A stretch of 63,367 nt of DNA, counting the filler, from Rhabdomonas costata (taxonomy: Eukaryota): the NCBI GenBank assembly GCA_019059605.1. It is 38 parts of 38 records of this genome, joined end to end, with 100 filler letters (N's around TTAATTAATTAA, not from the genome) between each part and the next. Parts side by side here need not be neighbours in the genome. Positions count along the whole stretch, not along the records: positions 13,359 to 14,928 come from JAHMHO010012831.1; positions 15,029 to 16,597 come from JAHMHO010012832.1; positions 16,698 to 18,267 come from JAHMHO010012833.1; positions 18,368 to 19,937 come from JAHMHO010012834.1; positions 20,038 to 21,607 come from JAHMHO010012835.1; positions 21,708 to 23,277 come from JAHMHO010012836.1; positions 23,378 to 24,947 come from JAHMHO010012837.1; positions 25,048 to 26,617 come from JAHMHO010012838.1; 30 more parts are not named here. The stretch is one strand, 5' to 3'. Each line of letters starts with the position of its first letter. Within the stretch, counting starts at the first letter, position 1. Made by a program: the position numbers and the translations under genes. Below the pieces are notes generated by a model, which saw nothing but the letters and a program-made list of their open reading frames with translations, searched no databases and was not told the DNA's origin. Below are positions 13,489 through 25,883 of this stretch, piece by piece.

Positions 13489-14305
13489 CGCAGAGAAAGG
13501 GCCTGGCGGTAGGCTGCAATCGCTTCACTCACACTGCTCGCATCCCTGAAAGGAGAAAGTAGAGAAGAAAACGTTCAACATCCTTCCAATAACCTTTCGC
13601 CCTGCGACTTTCCATACACGCACGGCCCTCTGTGTCTTTCCAGCTCCCAATTCACTTAAATCTGATTAATCACTATTCTCAACTGATGTAACCAGTGGCG
13701 TCAACATGCTGTTGCTCTCGCCTCGAGCACGCGCTTCCACCGCTAGCATTGAAAATGGAACAGGTCGCCGTACAGTGTGTGATTTGAGGTCCAATGGTAT
13801 GGGCACATGTTGCTCACCCCATTCGTCATGAAATGAAGTGCGCGAGCACAGACACTTGTAGCTGCCAGCGAGGTTGCACCAGGCATGGGGATGCGCTGGG
13901 TTGGCTATCAGAGCCAGCCGATATTGCTCCACAGCTTCTATGGCAAGGCCCTTTTCCTTCAGAAGGTTTCCTGTTGAAGAGATGACCAGCAACATTGTCT
14001 GGCTTGCCGAGAGAGGCCTGTACCATATCACGAATGCTGGCTCCTTGACCAAACAAGAAATGCACTTTGTTGGGGAATCGAACCTTCTCTGTTCAATTTC
14101 AGGTCGAAAAAAAACGGGAAGCGGGACCGTTTGTCACGGAAACGTAAAAATCAAGACAGAACGTCCATAGACATATCCAAAAAATGGAAAAGCACGCTCT
14201 TCTTGGACCTCTGTAAGAAAACCAGACAGATGTCGCACCATAGTTTGAACGGCCGTCAGCAAAGTTGGGCTCACACTCCAAAGCTTTGAGGTAGTGCGCT
14301 TCGGC
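13489..14305 (-). CDS. TPR repeats of an O-GlcNAc transferase (OGT/SEC)-like protein, three exons
   Basis: Exons 14305-14239, 13970-13856 and 13545-13489 splice GT-AG in frame to AEAHYLKALECEPNFADGRSNYGNLLKEKGLAIEAVEQYRLALIANPAHPHAWCNLAGSYKDASSVSEAIAAYRQALSLR. This parallels the last OGT TPRs (P.FADA.SN.GN.LKE...NP.FA.A..NLAS..KD.G...EAI..YR.AL.L). Confidence 0.75.
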
Positions 14306-15069
14306 CTGTGACATCACCGCACAGCATGAGCATTCAAAGGATTCCATTACACGACTAAAATACAGCGGTAGACACATTTGACGATTTTAAATGTAAAATT
14401 CTGTGGTGTCCAAATTCTGCCGAAAAACGTTAAAGAATGATTTACACCTTCAGCGCTCGCGTGTCTGGATGGTCCATGGCAGTATCGCCTTGCTGTGTGT
14501 CTTTTTTATGCGGCCGCCTTTTCTTCCGGGTTCTTTCCCTTGTAGGTTCTTTCGTTCTGATTCTTCTGGAAATTTAGGGTTGCTGGGTTGTATACGGGTC
14601 GGGAGGATGCTGGGTTCTCCCGTCCCGTCACTCTCTGTAACTTCGGTACTGGTACCGAATCCTGCGAAATGTAATGAGTATTGTGATGTGTCCTTTTCAT
14701 GAGCAGCAAAGAAGCGCAGCGAAATTCTCTGAGAAACAGGTACAACATTCTCAGCGGAGGCTCCAGACTGAATTCCTGCTAATGCCCACAGAGGCCAATT
14801 CATGTCTATGGTGCCTCAGATCGTGAAGCATGCCAATCTCTTGCTGGGTGTTACCTTCTGAAGCATGGGCAGGATGACCCAAGGGGCCCAGGGGGTACGA
14901 GCGCGGAAGGTTGGAGAAAAAAACACCCNNNNNNNNNNNNNNNNNNNNNNNNNNNNNNNNNNNNNNNNNNNNTTAATTAATTAANNNNNNNNNNNNNNNN
15001 NNNNNNNNNNNNNNNNNNNNNNNNNNNNGGTGCGGTCCCACCCTTTCTGCTCTCTCTCTCCCTCATTAG

Positions 15070-15383
15070 GGTGGGAGCTCACCGGGACCTTCGCGGTGAT
15101 GGTGTGGACCATCCTCACCAAGGACGTGGCCCGGTTTGTGCTGCTGTACCTCACCTTCCTGGTCTCCTTCGCACTGGCCCTGTACGGGGGAATCCTTTAC
15201 GACCCTGACGACGCGGCGACGGAGCTTCAGGACGCCTTCCTGCAGCCTGTGGGGACGTGGCTTGGAGGGATCCAGTACGGGGTGTTCCTGAGCTTCGGCC
15301 CGAAGTGGTTCGGAGTGGTGCTGTTTGTCGTGTGGGTGATCCTGTCCACGGTGCTGCTGGCCAACCTGTTGATCGCAATGATG
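15070..15383 (+). CDS. TRP-like cation channel, S5-pore-S6 exon
   Basis: WELTGTFAVMVWTILTKDVARFVLLYLTFLVSFALALY...VLFVVWVILSTVLLANLLIAMM carries the TRP hallmarks G.f..M....l..D..RF and NLLIAMM. Probable donor ATG|GCATGC. Confidence 0.8.
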
Positions 15384-15695
15384 GCATGCGTTGCTGTGGC
15401 TTTCCCCCTTGCAATTCTTTCTTTCGCTTTCAGAAATGGTCTACTCAATTCAGTTGAGTTTTTCCAGAGCCTCGAGGCGCTTCCTTTCGAAGCATTTCAC
15501 GTGTGCTCGGAGGCAACTCTGGGTCGCTGTTGGTTGGCTTTTTTCCACGGTTTTCACAGAGTGACTTGTATTTTTTATTCAGCCTTGAATTCACGATCCC
15601 CAGACTCCTTCATCCGACGGAACACGCACACAGACCTGTGTGTACATGTGTACACAAATACTGAGGACCCCCCCCAAAAAAAAATCAAGCATATC

Positions 15696-16164
15696 AAGCG
15701 GATCGGTGTTTAATCAATGGTTGAATCAAGCGGATGGAAACAGATCCGTGCCTAATCAAGTATGCTTCCTCTGCTGAGCTGACCACCACCGCATGGGCTC
15801 TTTCCTCCACCGTCCAGCGCATTGTGCAAAGCGGGTGTTTGTTTGTTTTTGGAAGAAAGGACAAGATCCGTCACTAGAAGGAGACGCAGCCCGGTAACCC
15901 CCCCCCAAACAGAATGGGAAGCACCCAAGACAGAAACCAGCACCGGATCCCAACCACCAAACTTTGTCGTAAAAGGTATTCAAAATACCTTTTAAGTAGT
16001 TATTGCGTTAACTTGGACATCTGACAGGTGGAATAGGCAAATGAAAGCAGATCCGTTCTTATTCAGATAGTTAAATCATGAGGATGTTTTGAAAGCAGAT
16101 CCGTGCTACATACTATATTTGGTGTTTGAGTTTGGCAGATTGAACAAGATCCGTTCTTAATCAA
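15696..16164. repeat. Degenerate short dispersed repeat, about 22-bp motif, about 6 copies
   Basis: AAGCAGATCCGT(G/T)CTTAATCAA-like copies near 15696, 15738, 15860, 16045, 16093 and 16143. Confidence 0.7.
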
Positions 16165-16946
16165 AACGGCTTGCTGTAACACTCCAGCCCGCCAGGCTTT
16201 TTACATTGTGCTCGTCCTGTGCTTTGGCTGGTCTTCCTTGTGCGTTTGGGTTTCTGTAATTTTCCCGGTGTGTCCACGCACTCATTCTCAACCCGCAGCC
16301 TTCTCTGTCCCCTCGGCGCTGCTGTACTCCCTGTCAAGCTACCCCCCAGCCTTTCCTTCCTTGTACTTCCCTTTTCCCCCTCTATGACTCACTTTCTGCC
16401 CCTCTTGTGGTGGCTTCCTGTGTGCATCCGAGACTTTGTCCTGATTCCCTTTCTTGTCCGTTTGCTTCCGCTGAAATTACCTGGCACCTGCTTCCCCCTT
16501 CACTCATTTGCTAAAACACAATGCGCTGGACTACTTTCACTGTCGGGTGTTGTTTGCCGAAGAACGTTGGGAATGTCAACAACGCGAAACCCAACCCNNN
16601 NNNNNNNNNNNNNNNNNNNNNNNNNNNNNNNNNNNNNNNNNTTAATTAATTAANNNNNNNNNNNNNNNNNNNNNNNNNNNNNNNNNNNNNNNNNNNNGGG
16701 TTTTTCCGTTGGTTTAGCTGTGGTGAAGGGAATGGTGGCGTTCACAAAATCTTGTGGCAAATTGCGGTCTTTGTTCGGATAATGTATGTGCTTGTATGTA
16801 CTGAAACCTGAAGGTGACCTACCCGTACCCGCCCTTGTTGCTCGTTTCAACAAACGAGAACGCATGTTTCGTTCAACAGCCCGCCCCAGATGTCAGCACC
16901 ATGAGTCTTTTTGTGCGCCGTGGTGCTGTTTTCCGTCTCTTCGCAG

Positions 16947-18020
16947 GTTTTTAGAGATGTGGTGACAGAAGTGCCGACTAGGGTTCCTGTCGAGCTCGTT
17001 AGGGAGACCACCTTTCCTGTCAGTGTGGAAAAGGTGGTTGCTTTTTCGACTTTTTCTGTCTGTTGGGTTGCTCCCTAGCGCTACGACTTGTTTCTTGCTT
17101 TGTTCTCCAGTTGGTTCTGTATGCTTACTGACTCCTGCCTTTCGACCACGCTGAGGGATATTGTCGTAGTTGTCGTGCATTTTCTTCTTCGAATCTTTGA
17201 TTTTCTGAAGAACAGGAACGAAGAGGCGCTGCAGGTTGTTCTTTTTCATTTCTGAGTGGACGTCTCGTGGGTTGCCCACGAGGTGACCGCATCTGTGCTT
17301 GATATGTTTCGCCCCAGTGCTGCTTCTCTGAACAATTGCTGTGCGTTGTCCTGCCCAGATTGTTGATGTGCCTGTCGACGTGGTGAAGGTAATCCACGTA
17401 CCCACCCCCCATGAGCGGAACATCACTAAGTTGGTCGAGGTGCCTGTCACTAGGATCCAAGAGAGCATGACCGAGGTCGTCGTCGAGAAGTTCGTCGAAA
17501 AGATCACGGAAGTCCCCTTGGAGCGCCACCGAACGCGGCGAGTCCCTGTACAATGCACCCCAACCTCCACCCCCACCTCTGCAGCTCACCCTTCCTCCCT
17601 TGATACCCTCCCGGCTCTTTTTGTCCTCGGTGTGTGGGCTTTGCTATGTGGTAAGGAGGATTCACAGTACCCGAGCAGCGCGATGAATTGAAACAAAAGC
17701 TTCCAAACGACGCCCAGAGTGCCAGAGGGAGGCAAGCCTCCCTCTCAGAGGCGGTGGGCGAAAGTTCCTTGCACCGCTTTTCGTTCCGCAGCGCTTTTTT
17801 GTGTTGTGTTATCTTGGTAGTGCTGGTTCTTCTTTATTATCTGTCCTTTTCATTTTTCTTTCCTCTCGCAGCTTGCCGAATTGCATATTTTGTTTAGGTT
17901 GAGGTGATCAAGTTGGTGACCGTTGAGGTTCCGAGGGAAGTTGTGGTGGAGCGCGTTGTGCAGCTCCCCCCTCAGGTCTTGGACAGGCCGCGGGATGCCA
18001 CCGAGCGGGCCGAGGAGAAG
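16947..18020 (+). CDS. Articulin/epiplasmin-like VPV-repeat cytoskeletal protein, three exons
   Basis: Phase-0 exons 16947-17033, 17359-17547 and 17898-18020 give TEVPTRVPVELVRE...IVDVPVDVVKVIHVP...KLVEVPVTRIQE...EKITEVPLER...VEVIKLVTVEVPREVVVERVVQ. These V/P/E/K-rich repeats are typical of pellicle and epiplasm proteins. Confidence 0.75.
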
Positions 18021-20142
18021 GTTATGGCTTCCGCCTGGCTTCTCACATTGCTCAATTAGCTGCCCCTGCTACCTCTGAGCGGAAGGACAAGACTCCGCCA
18101 GGGTTCTCCAAATATTGGGCCTTAGCAATGGCACACAACGCTTTATGCGTCAGACACCGGCACATGACTTCATAACTTCTTGACTGCTTCACCCCTCTCC
18201 CCCGATCCCGTTAGCTGACTGGCGGACCTTTGCTCCTCTCAAGACCTGGCCTCATCCCCAAACCCCCNNNNNNNNNNNNNNNNNNNNNNNNNNNNNNNNN
18301 NNNNNNNNNNNTTAATTAATTAANNNNNNNNNNNNNNNNNNNNNNNNNNNNNNNNNNNNNNNNNNNNTGTGTGGTTGGCGATAGTTGGCGAGAGTATCCT
18401 TGGCTTTGCGTTTTTGACACCTCGTAGCTGTCCATTTTGTGTTTCCGTGCTCATGGCATTACAGCGCCCGAGCAAGTGTGCTGTGCGCTTCCAACCGCTT
18501 CGCTGACCTGTTCACTGGAGATCTACATGGTGAGGTGCTCAATTTTTATTCGGTAATTGTGCCCACAAATTGTGGCGAGCTTTTCAACAAAGGCTGTGTG
18601 AACTCTTGGCTAAGCAGATCATTCTCTTCGGTGGTGATTCCTTCTACACAGTTGCACTGCTGTGAGTGGACGGATTGATGACTTAAAGGTGTAACCACAC
18701 CTCGAACCCACGCCACCATCAGACTTTCACTTCTCAATTAGGTCAAAAGCCGGGCACAAACTTCTCTGTTCCAACCCTCTCGTCTTCACATCAATACCTG
18801 GTGGTAAGTGGTGCCAGTTGACCTGAAGCCCAATAATAATCTGCGCTCCTTCGTTACCTATCACTTCATTCATATCAAAAAAGAATTCGTTCATTTATTT
18901 AAGAACAATCTGCTCCATTTATGCTTCTTTCCAGTACTAGCGATCAAAATAGACCTGGTAAATGAAGAAACCGTTCTAGCTCAACTACTCATCTACCTGT
19001 CCATCATTCACGCTTATTAGTTGTGAATTTATCTGAATGAATTAAGTTTCTGAAATCACCGTGTTTCATTACGTGGCGTGCATTTTTTACACCCAAAACT
19101 AACAGAACCTTATACGCTTTGTTGAATACGCAATAAGTAATGGAAAATTCATCCTTAATTAAAAATTGTTGGCCAAGTGTTGAATGCCCTATTCTGATCA
19201 AAGCTTGAGTTCCACTCTCGATTTTAACAATTACTATTATGCAAGTATTACAGAGCACGTAAAAAATACTGACTTTAGGACTAAGAATGGAATGTTTTAC
19301 TAAATTTCAATTCCAGTTGTGTTGTCACTTGTACTTTCAAAGGTACTATGAACGTTGTCATTTAAAAACTACATGAGTTTGTCTGATCGTACTCTGATAA
19401 TGTGTAATCTTCTCTAATTCGCTGTAATAACAGCTGCATGTTATCCGACAGGTGTACTAACGACTTGACAATAAACATCTTATTTCCAACATCAAAAATG
19501 CTCATTCAATCATCAGGAAGTTGATTGCGGTGGTTTTATTTTGTTAAACAAAGATGCCACCATTCCAAACCTTGCACCAGTACATATTTTTTGACCTAAC
19601 CAGAGCAAACTTACTAATACACCGACTGCGTTACCATTGCAGCACTACTGGATAGAAAAAACATAAGAATATGAGAGAATCAAACGCAGAAGTGCAGAAA
19701 TGTCAAAAAACACTGTCCTAATTGTTTAGAATTTTTACAAACCGCGCATTCTTCACTCTGAAACTGTAGACTTTGAGGCGTACGGCTTGTTTCTTGAAAC
19801 CTTATGAACCTCTCGCTAGCAAAAAAGAACTACCAGGTTAATTACATTACCCACAACTTCGTAAATCATTCAAACGTAGCACAAATTCACTGCATATTGA
19901 CATTGCGGAATTCACACTATCATAGCATTGATCAAACNNNNNNNNNNNNNNNNNNNNNNNNNNNNNNNNNNNNNNNNNNNNTTAATTAATTAANNNNNNN
20001 NNNNNNNNNNNNNNNNNNNNNNNNNNNNNNNNNNNNNGGGTTGTCTCCTATTCCTGACTTCAACAGGGAACTAATATCTTATATGTGTTTCTTGCTTTGT
20101 TCTTTCTTTCGCTCTTTCTTGTACCGCACTCGGCTGTCTCAG

Positions 20143-21383
20143 TTTCCCAAGCCGCGATCTTCGCCAACTCCCAGAACCAGGGCCGCACGGACTCCCTGGA
20201 GCTAATGGTGGCTCAGAGGCGGCCCAACGTCAGCTATGGCACCGCCGATGACCTGCAGGATCTTACTGTGATCTCCGATCTCACCAACAACACAAGCTGC
20301 AGCGTGACAGGGTGCTGGGGCGAGGGCTCTGACCCCAGCGCTTTGGTGGCCGCGGTGAACGGAAAACAAGGCTTTGTCGTCACCAATGACTATCGCCCCA
20401 AGAAAACCCTGCAGGTCGCCCAATTCCATCTTTTCGCTGGACGTATCCCCGTCTCGGATTATGGTTGGGGACTGCCTCCCGTGCGTCTTTTTAGTTACTG
20501 ATAGAAAGAGAGATCGGAAGGGTCCTCCTTTTTTCAAGAGCAGCTGTTCTGTAGAGAATTAATTCATCGCCAAGGATAAGTTGTGGGTGCAATATTTCTG
20601 AGTGTGTGGGTCATTGTGCTGGCTTACCACGTATGTCCACTGCTTACAATAAGACTTTCACTCAAAATAGCAGAAGGTCCCCCGCCGCTCCCTCTTCATT
20701 GAACTTCTGGCTCGCACCTCGCGCAGGTTTACGCCTACAGCGTTCGGCTGGACCTTGGGATGCTTCTCAAGGTGGATCAGTCCGAGGTCGAAGCCCCGAT
20801 GTACATTAGCCTGTACATCCTGCTGTTCTCGGCGCTGGGGATCGTCACGGCAGGGGTGCTGCTGCTGGCGCTTGCCGCACAGAAGATGCTGAAGTCGATG
20901 ATGGACACGTGGGAGAAGGGCAAGCTGGCGGTGCAGCAGCAGAAGGTTTGCTTGTTTCGGTGTATATTTCTGCGGCATTTTAGGGGTTGTGGTTATACTG
21001 CTGCACAAGAGATGGAGGCGATGTTGAGGTAGTTTCCTGGAGTTTTTGCCCTGGGGTCCGCTCGACGGTTTTATTTTGTACATTTGGATTTTACCTGTGG
21101 CATGGGTTCTCGCTTACTGCCCTCTTTTCCCTCCTCTTTCTCGATGTCTAACAGCTCCTCTCAGTCCGAACATCCGCATAGCCTTATTACAGCCTGTTTT
21201 TTTTGGGACGTCAACGACGAAGCGAGGGTGATTTTTCTTTCATTCGACCCAATTGTATGCGCATTTCTCCATTTTCAACGCCTGCAGGAGAGCTTTGAGG
21301 TGCTGGTGTCTGCGCTATACCCGCCGTTTGCCACGGAGAGGCTACTGGCGGGTGAGCAGCAAGTTGTCCTGGAAGTTCCGGAG
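20143..21383 (+). CDS. Receptor-type nucleotide cyclase: Cache-like sensor, TM and signalling helix, three exons
   Basis: Exons 20143-20414 (...AVNGKQGFVVTNDYRPKKTLQ), 20727-20945 (VYAYSVRLDLGMLLKVDQSEVEAP + TM + QQQK) and 21288-21383 (ESFEVLVSALYPPFATERLLAGEQQVVLEVPE). The last resembles the LL...LP..VA..L..G helix preceding class III cyclase domains. The catalytic domain is not in the contig. Confidence 0.7.
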
Positions 21384-23965
21384 GTGCGCCAAAGTTTGCG
21401 TGCACTGAATTATTCGATAGGTGCAGCAATGAGTGAAGATGAGGTTAGTGAGGCTGCAACTAGATACCGTTTCCCATTTCGCCTCCTCGACTCCCCTCCT
21501 GCATGTTGGTTGCAGGGGGAACATCCGCATAGCCTTATTACAGCCTGTTTTTTTTGGGACGTCAACGACGAAGCGAGGGTGATTTTTCTTTCATTCGACC
21601 CAAAAACNNNNNNNNNNNNNNNNNNNNNNNNNNNNNNNNNNNNNNNNNNNNTTAATTAATTAANNNNNNNNNNNNNNNNNNNNNNNNNNNNNNNNNNNNN
21701 NNNNNNNGTGGTGTGTGCTGGCCTTCCTTCTTGCAGGAAAACGTTTCCAATGTCCATGTTTTCCGTTGTCTGTGTGTTTTTATGTTTTATGTTTTGGGTG
21801 CACGTCAATGATGGACGGTCCAGGGCTTGTGTCTTGTGAAGATCTGGCACTGGACTGTTCGCCCGCGCCTAGTGTTGTGAGAGTTCTGGCGTTTGCTTTG
21901 GGTTCCCTGTGCCCTTTTATGCTTCCTGTGCTTGTAAACAGTTTTCCCGTGCAATTCTCATCGCCTTTATCGAAAGTGAGGTGGGTGTCTTTGTGAAAAC
22001 ACTCCGACTTGTGGAGTTCTTTAATGTTGTAGAGTGCTGTAAACATCGGCATGTCTTTTTATCGCATGTAACATGTTCAAAAGTAAAATGTGTGCCTTTG
22101 CGAACGAATTGGCCCTTTCGGCAGCAGTGCATGCCAGCGTACACATTGCATCTTTGGTACATAAGAGGAGCGGACTACACACTCCAATACCGTCATTGGC
22201 GAATGAACAAATGCAAATGCTCAAAAGTGTAAGCAACTATGAAAAAAGACTGGACGATTGTCTTTCTCCTTCGGCACTGTCCCCTCTTCATGGTTCCGTT
22301 CTCACTCATCTCTGTTCACGAGCGGGCATTCCCCTTGCTCAGCCTTTTGAAACCCCCTGGGGTGTTGGGGTTTCTGTGGGGGTTTCTCCGCAATGCAACT
22401 CTCCGCTGTGAACAAGCCGACGTGGTTTCTGTGCGGAATCATGTTTGGTATGACCCCCGCCGCTGAGCCTGCCCCTAAACCTGCACCCTCCTCCTTTTCA
22501 AATCCCGATGAAGAAACACAATTCCTGAGGGCTACCCCGAAGCAGGCGTGGGGTGTTTTCTATATGCAACAGGCCTTCCAAAACGCTACGTGGCCGGTGC
22601 TCGGGGTCAGGGTTTCCTGACCTTTCACCCTTGGCCGGTTTCAGTGTGTCTTGGTGGCTCTTTTGTATCCTTATTGCGCCGCTTGTTGTCGCACGCAGCA
22701 GGCATGTGGTATGGTTGGGTAGGGTTGGGTAGAGTGGTTCATCGTTGTCGTTGGTCCCTAAGTGCTGGTAGTGTGGGTGGTGGTGGTTGTGTGTTGGTTC
22801 ATCGTCGGTAGTGTAGTTGTTGTTGGGCTGTGTGTCTGGTTAGTGGTAACGTTGGGTTTGGTAGCGCGGGATGTGGTGCTTGAGTTCATGGCGTTGGTTG
22901 TGTTGCTTGTCGTGTCGTTGTTGGTCTGGTTGTCCGACGCAGCAGAGGGTTTACAATCGCGTTGAAAACCTGCAGATCTGGATGAACGCTTTTTTCGCCA
23001 CGCAATTGCTGTGAGAGACATAATCAAACGTTGAACCGAAGTCAAAGTTTGTAGTCTTCGTTCCAAGAGCTTTCCTTGTATCGCTTGCCGCGCACTCCCG
23101 TTCTTTTTCCCTTTCTCCGAAAAGGTGTCATCTTTACCCTCCTGTACTCCGCGCTGATCGGCAACGCTGGGAGTACCGCGGCGGCTGGGGCCACAGCCCA
23201 ATGCAAGCCGTGCTCGCCGTGCCCCACTCACCCTAAACGGCATGAAGCGAGGAGAGTCTGTCTGTCTACCAACCAACNNNNNNNNNNNNNNNNNNNNNNN
23301 NNNNNNNNNNNNNNNNNNNNNTTAATTAATTAANNNNNNNNNNNNNNNNNNNNNNNNNNNNNNNNNNNNNNNNNNNNGGGGTGTGCGCTTGGATGAGAGC
23401 CCCAGAGTCTCTATGGTGTTGCAGAATGATGTGGGTGTCGATCTCTTACTTCGGTTATTGCGGAAGTAATTAGTTATTTGGGATGCCTGCAGAAGCTTGC
23501 CACCATGTAATTCTTCTGTGGTGGTGGTGTCTTTCTGCGGTGTGTGTCCTTTTGGTCGGATCTCCGCCTTGTGTCCCGCAGGGTTTGAATCTCACACCTC
23601 CAACGAAATGGTGGTGGAGAATGCCGTCCGCCTTCTTTCGATTTGCAGCAAAGAAGGTTTGGCGCCTTCTCCCAGGGGCATTTCGATCTCCTCTTAACTT
23701 AATGATTGCCCATCCTATTTCCGTCTGCATCCTTGCTCTACCCGCATTTTATGTGAAGGTTTCTTCTTTGACTTAGGCGACAGTTGTGTCGTATTGCACC
23801 CAGGCTCTTTGAAGAATTGAGAAATAAGTAACAGCGAAAAAATAATAATAAATTTCATGCGTGCGCGGGTTACGTTACCGCCTGATGCTTTCAGGTTTCT
23901 CTTCCTGGGGGTTGCGTGTTCTTCGTCTTCGTGAATTCGCAGGTGAGTTTCGGAGAGCTCCTCAG

Positions 23966-24075
23966 ATTCAAGCGCTGGTTCCTGCGGTTGTCCGGGCCGT
24001 GTCCCCGTTTCTCTCCTCCAATGTGAACGTTGCTCATTTTGTCAACTCCGCGCTGTGGAACCTGGGGCTGGAGCG
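23966..24075 (+). CDS. Probable exon, ARM-like helical segment
   Basis: An AG...GTATGC-bounded segment encodes IQALVPAVVRAVSPFLSSNVNVAHFVNSALWNLGLE. Only the ALWNL-type motif supports the family call. Confidence 0.3.
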
Positions 24076-25883
24076 TATGCATCCCTCCGATGCGTACGCA
24101 CACACACACACACACACGGATATGCGCAAGGAGTGTGGAGTCGCAGAGACCTGAGCCGTAATGGAGCAACGCAGGTAGCCGCTGAAAAAGAGCAGCTGCG
24201 CCGACAAGGCCCGGGATTCGTGGGGCTGTAGGGAGGTTACCAGATGTGGAACGTTCAGCGGTGAGCGGTTCCGGCTCCCCACGGCACCGTTTGCTCCAAC
24301 TGCACCTCTCGCGAGCACTCGTGACCAACAGCGCGTGCGCCAGTCAGTCCACAGTGGCCACCCACAACCAAGCAACCGGTCAACTAGGCAACAGCCAGCG
24401 CGCATTGCGCCCAACACACTGATATGCGCATGCATAAACAAGGCGCTGCCCGAACACACAAACAGAGAGGGTGTTGTCGCAGCCATTAAAAGGAGGTGAA
24501 GTGTGCAGCGGGTCACTAAAGTTGGGACAAAGTTGCGATCGCGATGCTTTTGGGACAAGGATGCGCTTCTCTTCCTTTTTTTTTCTGCGCTCACGGGATA
24601 CTTTGCGGCATTTTGTACTGTGGGTGGGTACTGTGGGTGAGCGCTGCCAATACACTTCACAATGGCTGGGAAGGCTCGGATGGATATTAGGCGCCATGTC
24701 GTTACTTTTGTACCACAACTCTGCGTATTCCCACTGCCCAGCGCTCGCTCATCTTTTGCGCAGCAACGATTCGGGCTGCCTTCGCCGAAAACGGGGGTCT
24801 GGACTGTCTTTCCCGCTCAATATACGCCGCCTGTAGACCGCCAGTCTGGATTCCCACGTAAGAATTCCCCACAGTGGCAAAGATGCTTCAGGCTGGCGGT
24901 CTACAGGCGGCGTATATTGAGCGGGAAAGACAGTCCAAACCCCAACANNNNNNNNNNNNNNNNNNNNNNNNNNNNNNNNNNNNNNNNNNNNTTAATTAAT
25001 TAANNNNNNNNNNNNNNNNNNNNNNNNNNNNNNNNNNNNNNNNNNNNGTGGGTTTTTTTTCGGCACTGTAATGGAAGGAAAGGGAAAGTCGGTTCGCCAT
25101 CCGCTTGTGTGGCAGTCGACTTGTCCACTTGTGTGAAGAAGGACAAGGTTCTGGAAATATGAGGTGAGCTGCCTTTGTCCCCTTGCTCACTTGGGTATCG
25201 AACTCCGCCCAAATTTGCGAATTGCCCCTTCTCCAGTTTTCGCAGTTCTCAGTTGCGAAGGGACCCCTCTCAATTGTACAACTGCAGTGACCGAAACACC
25301 GCGAAATCTCTCAGTACACATCAGACGAGGACTTTGATGCCGCTGATGAGCTTCTCAGTTTCCATCCTTAAGTCCCTTACCCCCTCATACCTTTGAAGTT
25401 ACCTTGACGGCCAATTATTCTCAATTCCACATCAATCCCATGGGAAGAGAATTATTACCCCGAGCGACTGATTCGAGCGACTGATTTCCTTCCATCTAAT
25501 TCCGCCGCAAAAGCTCTTGAATCCATTATTGGTATATTAATTTAAGTTTACTTTTTAGAGTCTTTCTGCATCGGACGTTGCAGTAGCGCTGAGGTGCACA
25601 CAGAGGGGAGAGGGGAGGGGGGCCAAGGAACCCGTCTTATCCGCCATCCACAGGAAAGAGATGGAGCGTCTTGTTTCGGTTCACATGGTTCCGTTTGAAA
25701 AATAGCTGTTGCCAATGCCCAATGGCCACTGACCACCGGAAAGCGGAATCCAGCATGCGCTTCACGAGCCTTTGTCCGAAACCAAACGACGTACTCTTGG
25801 GAATGCACTGCATCACTTTCTTTCAGGCGATTATTGACAGCTTCTGTAGTTTTTTCAGTGTTTCTTGTCACTGGGCAGTGAGA

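Noticed and set aside
15696-16164. CRISPR array
   Set aside because: Repeats are degenerate and irregularly spaced, inside a eukaryotic intron, with no cas genes.
22700-23276. Val-rich or Thr/Asn-rich ORFs (also 59330-59865)
   Set aside because: Products of GT/AC-skewed low-complexity DNA with no splice or motif support.
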